From Cycas panzhihuaensis (taxonomy: Eukaryota > Plantae > Cycadophyta): a DNA stretch of 64,000 bases. The first letter of the stretch is position 1, and each line of letters opens with the position of its first letter. The DNA lies in contig CM041465.1 in the NCBI GenBank assembly GCA_023213395.1, positions 207,583,741 through 207,647,740 of the forward strand, read 5' to 3'. Positions 24,839 through 35,671 of this stretch are shown here, in pieces. A program made the translations under genes and the position numbers. The notes below the pieces were generated by a model. It was not told where the DNA came from, did no database searches, and worked only from the letters and a program-made list of their open reading frames with translations.

Positions 24839-27800
24839 TGTTAAAAATACCCAAAACAACTCTGACACTATGTTATGAAGAGATGCATTATAACATAATA
24901 TGCAACAGCATAAGGTAATTAATGCTATACACTAAGAAAATCAAAGAATGAAGTATATGCAAACACATAAGACAATAAAGTTGTTGGGAAATGATCATCT
25001 ACAATTATTGCATTAGGTATGAATACATACTTATAGTACATAGTCACTTCACATTTGACCAATCACATGAAAGAATCGTTATGTCCACCACAAAGATGAT
25101 GCATGTACATGTGATGCACACAACTTAATGACACTAATTTAATATTATATGAGAGAGTTAGGGGGGCACCTTAATATTAATGCTAACCCATCATTAAACA
25201 TTACTTCTAACAACCCCCTATAATATTTAATTTCACATCAAAACACACTATACCCTTTGTCTTAAAAAATCACACTAAGGAAATCAACTAGCTCCTCCTT
25301 CAAAAGATGCTAAATCAAATGGAGAACATCTCCAACTTGTACAAGTTATATCTTCAAGTTGCTAAATCAATTAAATCCTTGTTGACGTCCATATAAAGAA
25401 AACTCTATCTACCAAACTACATGGGAACTAGTAGTTGCAACTGCCAATTTGATAGGAACCTCCTTCAAGTACATGGTTCTTCCAACACCTATCAACACCA
25501 TTTCGAGAACAAGCCAAACTACCTGGCTAGCCAAATGCGTTGAGTACCAAGCAAAGCAACTTCCCACTAAAGCCTCCACAAGTGGTCCCTTTAGTCTTCT
25601 ATAATATATGAAAAACAATGTACTAAAGCCTCCATACATGGTTGCTTCACACCTGTTTTCAACAATCTCCATAAATTCTTTAAATATAGCCTCCACACGA
25701 CTTATAAGGATCAGTAATAGACAAAAAAAAGATGTGACTTTCATCTTCAAAGATCAAATAACTTTCTCATAAAATATTTTTTCTTTTTTTAACTCAATGG
25801 TTCTCTATGATACGGGCTCCGAAATATATCAAATGACTAGTTAATGTGTTCGTCTCTGAATCCTCTTTCCAACATAATCGATTGCACTTGATTCTAACTT
25901 CAAACAAAAAATTTATGCCTTAGAAGGTGCCTATAAGACCTTAAATAATTAGAATCACATTAAATCACTTAAGCTCCTTCACCATTAAGCACTAGGTCGT
26001 ATACTCGCCTCTATATAGACATCTGCTGTCATTCAAAGGGGCTAGCCAGATTTAAAATCATATCCAATATGATTTAATGTAATATGAAAGTTGTAAAATA
26101 AAACATTTTCACTCACAAATATTTTTGTTGCCATTTCTATCACCATTTAGGGTTTATGAATGAGTTCGCCTCTACATCGGCATTTATGGGAAGAATCATG
26201 CACAATGAAACCATTGCATATGCTTTGCAATTGTATCAAGTTTTTCCCAGTCATATCTCGAAGCAATATGCAACACAAATTGGTTACACTACAAACCACT
26301 GTCTAATCTATGCATTCACTTTCCTTCTTGTGCCAAGAATGCTCTAAAACTATCCTCGTTTGCTCTACATGCTAGTTTTTGTGAGCTTGCACTCTAACAA
26401 CAGTCATTCTGTGGAGATGGAGCTAGTGTTGCCTATATCTCAGGTAGAATCCCATTGTCGAATATAGTGCCCAAGATCGATATGGAAATGAATTCATTGA
26501 AGGCCCAAATTAATTTTGAGCCAGTAAGCAAATAATTTTAGTCAGGGCTTCACTGGAATAGCTTGCATATATGCACATACTAACCATGCACAAGCTATAG
26601 GCCAAGCTCAAAACTAGCGATGGCAGGTTGATATATCAAAGAGAATGGAACAACGACGATTAAGATAACAAAGTCATGACTACTGCCGTCAAAGACACTA
26701 TACGAGATGCCTTGAATTTCGCCAATGGGAGCTCCCTTCGAAAAACCAAGACGAGGTTCCGTAAGCCCACAAGAATTTATTCTTTTGAAACCTTTTTGAA
26801 GGCCCTAGAACACTTGACCCCAAGAATATGGTAGCATCACAACACGAGTAGCTCTCACATTGGATGGATTGGAGAATAGACAGTCACTAAAGATACTGCG
26901 CACCTGTTGGTTTTGACCTTGGAGCTTGACCACACATTCCATATCATTCTCACTCCATTCACACCCTTTGTCTCTGCAAAATTTGCTATTTTGGAACCCT
27001 ATTCTCAACAAACCTATAGAGACGGACAATGAAAGCTTTAATGCATGTTTCTGTCAATTTGTAGGCATTCAGAACAATGATTCCTGCAACCATGCTTAAT
27101 AGAATTTTCTCGATGAGAATACATGAAGTGACAAAAAGGACCCTGCCTTTGTTGTAATAGTTGACCCTTTCTTGGGCAATATATTTAGTTCTCCTCTACG
27201 TCTCCATGCTCTCTATTGCCCATTCCAAATCCAAGTGAAAGAGGAAGTTCCCACATGCTTGCCTGCTTTTGCTTACCTAGCTCCATCAATAGTAGCTAGG
27301 GTTTTCCATGAAGAGCAAGCTATAATATTAGGTGTTCAAAACCAGCCACGGACAACCTTCTTATCCTCACAGTAATGATAGCAACATGGCAATGAAATCT
27401 TCCTTAATCATCGGCTAGTCTCCACATCAATATGGAATAAACTTCACATAGAACCTTTTTAGAATCCTTGATTGAAGTCTCCTACATGAAGTCTCTTCAA
27501 TCTTCTAGCCCTATCTCGCTATGATATGCTCTACTCTGCAAGGTCATAATATCCTGGTCTAATACCATGTTAAAAATATAGTAGTACAACTCCAATACCA
27601 TGTTAAAAACAGAGATGCATCATAACATAATATGCAACAATATGAGGTGATTAATGATATACACTATAAAAGAATCAAAGAATGAAGTATGCACAAACAC
27701 ATAAGACAATAACATTGTTGGGAAATGATCATCTCTAATTATTGCATTAGATATGAATATCTGTAATTATTGCATTAGGTATGAATACATATTTATAGTA

Positions 27801-27979
27801 AATAGTCATCTCACGATTGACCAATCACATGAGAGAATTGTTATGTCCACCACTAAGATGATGCATGGACATGTGTGCACATGCTCACACCTTAATGACA
27901 CTAATTTAACATTACATGAGAGAGTTAGGGGGACATCTTAACATTAGCACTAACCCATCATTAAACATTACTTCTAACA
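24839..27979 (-). mobile_element. non-autonomous copia-derived LTR element with mosaic internal region including an XPF fragment
   Basis: LTRs 24839-25212 and 27568-27979; TSD TATTT/TATTA; PBS TGGTATTAGACC at 27556-27567; PPT AGGGGG at 25214-25219; only a decayed RNaseH-like tail of pol. Confidence 0.88.
27013..27189 (-). pseudogene. UVH1: captured fragment of XPF/ERCC4/RAD1/UVH1 DNA-repair endonuclease (N-terminal helicase-like domain)
   Basis: manual translation TKYIAQERVNYYNKGRVLFVTSCILIEKILLSMVAGIIVLNAYKLTETCIKAFIVRLYR resembles recalled XPF segment R..Y..GG..F.TSRIL.VD.L...IP...I.GI...AH...E...EAFI.RL.R, with a short deletion; not in ORF track. Confidence 0.75.
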
Positions 27980-28028
27980 TATTATTCATTTTCTACAGCC
28001 CATTTACTCTCAATCTCTCATTCTAACA

Positions 28029-29460
28029 AGGACTTTGGCTACCGATGAGATGGCAGCTTCTAATTAAACCATAGTAGCTAGTGCACCTTTTAATGCCATC
28101 TAAGAGGCCTTCGAACAAGAAGAATCTTGAATCTAGTTGGGAAAGGGCACTTCATTGGGCTAAGAAGAAAGGGTCAAAATGAGCACAAAATAGGAGAGTC
28201 CCGTCAAAAGGGGACCACAAGAAGGCCCACCGATACATCAAAAGGAAGTAGGTTATGAACATCCCAAGTCGTCGTGAGTGAAGGAGGCATTCTCGTAACA
28301 CAAATCCTACAAAATCAAGAAACCAACAAAGATAATCTTGGAAAAAATTTAGCAAAAAGAGTATGCGAATATGATCCAGAAGGAAGTTTAAAGAGCATAA
28401 GTAATAATGAAGAAAGGGCAATAGAAGATCCCATGGCAAGTTAGGAAAACTACTTCATAAGGAAGTTATTTCATACACCACTAGAGCTAAGAGATGGCAC
28501 GCTCATAATACAAACTCCATTGGCAATATAAATACCAATGATTGAAAAGCCATACAATTGAAAACTCCACATTGCAATCTACTATTCAAGGATACAAGAA
28601 AACCCATAGTGTGCTTAAGCCCTTTGTCGCAATTCAAAAACACAACGATCATAAGCATGCCACCAAAAATGGCAACATCAACAAGTTACCATAGTGAAAG
28701 TGCCTTTAACCATTTAATCTTCGATGGCACATCTGATACAGCAGAGTATCTATATCTATTTTAAAACATAGTGGAAGTAGATGAATTATAGATGACAAAG
28801 ATATTAAAGGAAGATTTGCATGCATCCTAAGATGAGTACCATTAATATAGTCCAAAAAAATAAATGTTAAAACCAAGTCATGAGAAGAGATAGCCAAGGA
28901 ATTCCAACAAGGATTTCCAAAACTAAGAAGTAATGAAGTGGTTATTCAAGCCTTGAGTAACATTTGACAACGATCTAGTGAATCTATACTAGATTTTGCA
29001 AGTAGAATAGGATCATCCTACAATAAATTTACAACATTCCAAGTAGTCAAGGAAGCAGATACTAGGAATAATCCCTACAAGATATAGCCAAACCGGTTTG
29101 GCGAACTCCACCTAAAGTTGAATTGAAAAAGAGGAGAAACTAATTCATTTATAAGAAATTGGTTAGAAGGGGATTATGAGGTAACTCACTCTTCCTTTCA
29201 ATGCTCTTTGTTATTTGTAATACATGACACTGATAATGATAATGATAATAAACAAATTATTGATTGCATGTGTGCATTGGATAGTGAGAATAATGCAAGT
29301 AGTCATGAATGTTATTCCTTCAATAATATTCTTGGTAGCACAGATAGCAATTCCTTCCAAGAAAATTTTAGTAGGCATAGGAGGCTTAATAGAAGTAAAT
29401 CAGAAAGAGCTTACTAAAAATTTAGAAGGAGAAATTATTGAAAATTTTAGTACATAACTA
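28029..29460 (+). mobile_element. highly degenerate gypsy gag-like remnant
   Basis: FDGTSDTAEYL motif typical of retrotransposon gag start; many stops. Confidence 0.4.
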
Positions 29461-29461
29461 T

Positions 29462-30725
29462 TGTTAGACCTAGAGGAACCCCCCCCTCATTCCAACCCCA
29501 ACGCTACCCCTCTACCTTCCCCTAGGGTAAGCTTAGTTAAGGAGAACCCTGGTCTTACCCAGTTTCCTTCCCCTAGGGTAATCTCAAGGGCGAGCCCTAG
29601 ACCCACCCCCTCCTATAAGGTAATTTTAGATCTTATCCCATGAATGAATGTCCTATTAATCCTAAGAATCCCTTTAGTTGTTTTCTCATTATTGGATTTG
29701 AAAATTTCAATATAGCTAACACTTTTGATAGGTCTATTAGCAATCTCTTTTTGTTGACTATATGTCCCAATAGATTTTTGAAAGATACAAGGAATGTACA
29801 TTTTTCTAGGTTCAAAACAAAGTTTATTTCTCTGCATGTTTGTATCATTTCTTGAACATTTTCAATATGGTTACTCAACATGCCATAAAAGGTCCACTCA
29901 TCTATGAATAAGGCCATTTTTTCACCAGTCATCTAAGAATACAACCATTTTATCATTTTTCTAAATGTGTTGAGTACTTCGCATTAGAATGTGGAGGGTG
30001 CATTCGTGAGCCCAAATGGCATCACACAATATGCATATATTCCCCACCTTGTGATGAAGGTGGTTTTAGATTGATCTTCAAGTGCAATTCTCACCTAATT
30101 ATAACCACCGAATCCATCAGTCAAAGAACATATCTCGTTTCCCCCAATTGTTTCCAATACATCCTCTGTAATGGGAATTGGAAACAGGTCATTTTCCATG
30201 ACTTTGTCAAGTTGTCTATAGTCTATGTATACCCTATTTTTGTTGTTTTTCTTAGGTATGACCACCACTAACCCAATCATTGCATTCCACTTTGTATATA
30301 TATCTAACTTCCAACATCTTATCTAATTTTGCTTTGACTTTCTCTTTGAACTTAGGATTCATTCTATACAGCCTTTGTTTCACTAGCTTTGCTCCCTTTA
30401 TGAGGCCAATGTTATGCCAACCTATTTGGGTAGAATTCCCTTTAAATCTTTAAACGACCATGCAAGAACATCACAATATTCTTCAAATAAGGCTTGGGCC
30501 TGAGCTATTATTTTCTCATCCCAATAATCCTAAATGGTAATGCTCTAGGTTTTCTGTGTCTTAAGTCCTTCAAATTTTACTTGTTTTCCTTCATCTATCC
30601 CATGACCAGGGGTTTCCATTATTTCCCTTGTTTCACATATTAATTTTGTATATTTAGGAGGAAGGTTATGGGCTTCCTCTCCTTCTTCTGAGCTTTCCTT
30701 ACTTGATACTGATGAATGTCTACAA
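29462..30725 (-). mobile_element. degenerate gypsy RT fragment joined to a short GC-rich LTR-like end
   Basis: [45 protein letters not shown] on minus strand; TGTTAG at 29462. Confidence 0.8.
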
Positions 30726-31496
30726 TGTTGCGGACAAAATCAACATCTGTGTGTCCAAAGGAAGGAATGTATGGTTAATTTCGATTTAATACAATTGATA
30801 AATGCAAGGCAATCATTCAACAAATGTTTGGGAAAAGGAACAAACAAGAAATCAGCAGTGAAACAAGCAAAATAGGATGCGTTCTGCCACAAGAACGCAC
30901 TATATAGAAACAAAATGCATGCTACAGAGTTTGGAAATGCACCAGGAACGCTCGAGGAATGGACTAGGCAGATAAAGGACACATGGATCAGAACCGTATG
31001 GATGCACATTCAAATTAAATTGAAAAGGAATGAAAAGGGATGGATAATGAAAGGATATGCGTTAAGGAAAATGGACGGTTGTGACTTTTAGTCACAGTTG
31101 TTCTTTAACAGAGATGCACAGTGTATTTAAACACATCCAATCAATGGGATGGCAGTGAGAGTCGAGTGATTCAATCTTATGTCATACTCTCAAGGGTGAG
31201 AGTCGAGTTAAGTGATCTTTTGGGTCTGGTCTAGTACAAATAACCAACGTAGCATTGTATGAACATGATATGATGTAAAATATTGACTATTGTTTAATGA
31301 TATTACAGAGTTGCGTTGAATCTATGTGTACATCATGTGGAATGCATAATACTTTATTGTGATTTAAGATTATATTGTGGACTTCTGAGGCATAATTTGA
31401 TATCTAGATATGTATGTTGACTGTGAGCACACGCCCTAGACTACAATGGAAACCTTGACAAGTGGATATCTCAGTAGGGTAGATATTAAGTCAACA
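30726..31496 (+). mobile_element. solo LTR (771 bp) of a gypsy family related to the element at 58792-64000
   Basis: TGTTG...TCAACA flanked by perfect TSD TACAA; 3' end (tatgttgactgt...ctagacta.aat...ttgacaagtg...agtcaaca) resembles reverse complement of 58792-58885. Confidence 0.9.
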
Positions 31497-32080
31497 TACA
31501 ACTACAAGTTTCACTTTCTATGCTTAGTTTTCCTAATACTTTTTAAAACTTTGTTAATGGTCTTATTTTCCAATTTGTATGAGAATGTTTTGGCAAAATT
31601 AGGTTTTATTTAATCTTAAATTGCCTCCCTAATCCTTTCTTTATGAACCATTCTTGGCCCACCTTTCCTAGAGTGTGGTAGAATAGATGAGCCCAATACT
31701 TTTTTGGAACACTCTATTTTATCCATAGGGATTTACAATTCTGCAAATGGGTTAAAGGGCAATTACCTACCATGAAGATTGGTCATTACAGAATAGGTTG
31801 GGGATCAAATCTCAATTGGAATGCATGCTATAGTTTGGACCAATCGTGAAGGGTGGCTTGGTGGGCTAGGAACCACCATCATACAAGGCCTTGCAAGGTG
31901 TTGACAAAGTCCACCTTCTATTGGTCTTTATTGAACATCTAGTAGCTTACCTAGTACTCCATATGTTGGATAAGGTGACCAATGGCATCTAGGTCAACAT
32001 CGAAAAATGGAAAGACTGTGTCTTAGATTGTTACCCAATTGTCGTTAGCTTCGTTCTATATTAGGTTAGAGAGAGGGGGG

Positions 32081-32241
32081 TGTAATATAGGGGTCCCTTC
32101 TAGGACCGTCCTAGGAGAGGTTGGAATAGGGCTAGACGTATTTACCCTATGGGGGAGAGGGGTGGGACTAAGGGTCTTCCTCAAGACTTCACTAGGCAAG
32201 GTTAGTAGGGTATAGCATTTCCTCTAAATTCTAAGGCGACA
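32081..32241 (+). repeat. short GC-rich LTR-like unit, inverted relative of 29462-29620
   Basis: preceded by AGAGAGAGGGGGG; TG...CA; shares tagggct/ttacccta/ttcctcta blocks with reverse complement of 29462-29620. Confidence 0.55.
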
Positions 32242-34390
32242 TTTGCTCCAATGTCACTTGTGGGACTCTCAATGGAGATTCACACCAAATTAACCGAAAA
32301 ACACATAGATCTATGCTATTTTGCAGAATAAGTCTAGATATACCATTGAAGAATGTCTGATGATTTCAAAGTTGTAATAATTTCATTGAGTTAGAGGAGG
32401 TATGTCATATTACCACCACTTTACTGGGACAAAAGACTGATAGAAACAATTGTGGGGTTAATAGCTCAAAATTTGGAAAGGGTAGAAATTTTTGTTGATT
32501 TGATATGAAGGTTGACCAAGGGTAGGAAGACTGCCAACAAGTGATAAATAGTCAGAAGTCAATCGCCAACTAATGATTACAACATTCTATAGACCAAGAG
32601 ACTAATAACATTAGGAAGGAATAAAAATTGAAGATATTCACAATCACCAATTGAGATGGTTGGCAAGAATCTTAGGCAAGATTTTTGGGCAAATATAAGT
32701 TCACCTATTGTCCAACAGGAACTAATCACCACACTCTAGGAGGTACAAGAGGGAACAATGCTGAATTGGAAGGAATTTTTGGCACAATCAATTAAAAAAC
32801 AATTGCAAAAACTAGTGGGAGAAAACCACTAGTCAATCATGCCTCACTCCTTTTGGATCTGTCGTTTGCTCAAGTACCAATAACACAACCACCACATGAG
32901 CAAATAAAGAAAACTTGGGCTTTGATACAACAATGGAGAGGTGCATTACCACATAACACAAGCTCAACATAAACAAGACATTAAGTGGATGCAACTCTAC
33001 AAAGAGTAATATAATGGCTTCAAGGAAAGTCGCCACAACCCTTTCATCATAGGCCAAAGAAGAAGGCTAGGAAAAAAATGTATCAGACAATGGAATCATA
33101 AGACGAAGAGGAAGCAACAAAAGAAGGAGAATAGACACCACCACCATCACCAGTAACTGACCAAGTTGAGGAAGGGGCATCTGAGGCAAAGAGAGCATTT
33201 GAACATAAACTCTAGCAAATAAGAAGTTTGTTGAATAAGCCACAAACAAATCAAAACAATTAGGAAGAAAAGATTCGTAGCTTGGAAGCCACATTGACCA
33301 AGAAAAGTTTAGAGGTTAAAAGTTTAACCAAACTCAATATGAAAATTGATTGCTCAGTGCGAGCAAACCATCCAATAATTATGAGATGACGTATATAGAA
33401 GAGAGCACAGGTGGGAGAATTATAGGGGCAGCTTGAGAGAAGCTATGCAAGGACAAAACTTATAACGGTGCAAATGAAATGATTGAAGCACATCAACAAC
33501 AACACAAAGATACAGATCTAACGATAGACCATTTTATTAAATAAAGCAATCACCAAAGAATTACATGGTAAAACCCCAACTCTCAATCCTCTTGAATCTT
33601 TTTACATGTGTTGTTACAGAAGTATATAGAGATATAAATTTACAAGGAATTGACTAGAGGTATTACAATAAAATGGATATGAAACAATAGGCCAGAAAAG
33701 ACCTATAATACACCCAAAAAAATTTCTCAAGGGCTCCAACCCTAAAACCCTCACTAGGGGGCCTTCGACTCCAAACCCCTTGACTGAGGCCACAACTTGG
33801 ACCTCACAAAAGTGGGGCTTGAGTGTAATGTCTATACCCATGTGACATCTTGCAAATGTTCAATATAACTAACACAATAGCACTAGGAACGACTTCAATA
33901 ATGACTCCAACAATAGAGTTGGCAAAATTGAGTAAAATAATAGTGAAAACCAACATTAAGAACACTTGGAATGCCTATAAGGAATGGTTAGAACAATTGT
34001 AGGTCACAGAAACAATTCCCAGGGAATGGTTGCTAGTATACACTGGAACAAGAATAGCTAGAAGGGAACGAGAATGGTTGGACAAGAATAGAAATAGTTT
34101 GCCACCAAAAAAATACAATGGAAATGGCATAAAGATATAGGGCATACAAATTGTGTTCAATTAACAAAATATAATGAGGGATTTTGTTATGAAAAGGCAA
34201 AATCATCTTGTAGGGTTGTGACTTTTAGGGTTTTTGTGTTGTAAATGAGTATAAAAAGGGCATTCTCACATGGGTTTGATGTGACAACCAATCTATCAAA
34301 AATACCCATAAGTGTAGACATTCCAAGCATTGTACTTTTGATCATTGACTAATGAAATACTGAGATGTGGAAGAATGTGTGCAATGGTGT
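32242..34390 (+). mobile_element. highly degenerate gypsy-like internal remnant
   Basis: A-rich coding-like composition and gag-like fragments; no intact motif. Confidence 0.3.
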
Positions 34391-35671
34391 ACATGTATAT
34401 GATAGCCTAGGATCATATAAGGAGCAAATGTGCCAAGAGATTTGATGATTAGCACCAAATAAACTAGCAAACAAGCAAGCAAATACTAAAGCATATGAAA
34501 GGCACTAGCAATGGAGTAGGAATTGTTCCTAACTTCAAAATAAAAAAATTAGCTTGTATTCAAATAAGCAGCATAACAATACATCACTTCTCACTCATAC
34601 TCTACATGAGAAAATGGTCTTGATATATAGAGGAGGAGGAGGAAGCTTAATGAGCTGCATGTTTGACACTTGTCAAATATGCACGCCATGTCCCATGTAC
34701 ACACACATGTGCAAAAGTGCATACATTGACCTTAAAGTTACAACATTATATTTACTAGAAAAAATGTGGGCGTGTACTTTATCACATTGAGTGGTAAAGT
34801 AATTTACATAAAATACATAACATTTAAACATAAATGTCGAATGCCCCCCCTTAATGTTTACAATGTTAAGTTTTACCCCGAGACCATCCCTAAATTTCTC
34901 AAATTTTTCTCTACCAAGTGACTTGATAAAGATGTTTGATAACTATTGATTTATGGCTCTGTAGAAGAGGTTGATCTCACCATTTTGCACATGTTCTCTG
35001 ATGAAATGGTGATAGACCTCAATGTGCTTGGCTCTTACATGAAATACTAGATTCTAGTCAACTTGAGAATGTTTTGGTTGTCACAATACAATCTGATGAG
35101 ATGATTTTGCTAGAGCCCAAGCTCGCTAAGAATCCTCCTTAGCCAAATAGCCTCCCAAGCTGCGTTGACCATAGCTTTGTATTCCACTTCTGTGGAAGAC
35201 AATGTAACATTAAGTTGCTTCTTGCAACTCCACGAAACAACTATTGACCCAAGGTTGAAGCAATATCCTGAGATCGAACAACAACTATCCTGGCATCTTG
35301 CCCTATTAAAGTTTGAGAACCCCTCCAATGTGAAGTTCTCATTGTGTGTATACTGAAGGCTATCCTACAATGTGCCTTTGAGATATCTTAATATATGTTT
35401 ATTTGCTAACCAATTTTTCTGATTGGGTTGAGACATGTACCTATAACAAATCCTAACTACAAGTGAGAGACCCAGTTTAGTGTTAGTCAAGTAAATGAGA
35501 CTACCCACTAACTGCCAATATAGTGTGGGATCTGTTAGTTCAACTTTTTCATCAAGTGATAATTTTGTACCATTCTCCATGGGCATGGGTGATGGTTTGT
35601 AGTCCTCCATTTTGAATCATTGCAAAATGTCTCAAGTGTATTTTGCTTTGGAGATGACAATATGGCTTGGC

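Larger units (their letters stand above)
20830..28028 (+). mobile_element. degenerate copia (gag-PR-INT-RT-RH to 24545; 3' LTR 24555-28028 split by an insertion)
   Basis: gag 20914-21219, CNYYNKKDH zinc knuckle, integrase 21930-22700, RT 23209-23514; PPT GAGAGGG; LTR TGTTAGAA...TTCTAACA once 24839-27979 is removed. Confidence 0.88.

Noticed and set aside
32081-32241. Cassandra TRIM
   Set aside because: No 5S rRNA-like box A/C sequence recognisable
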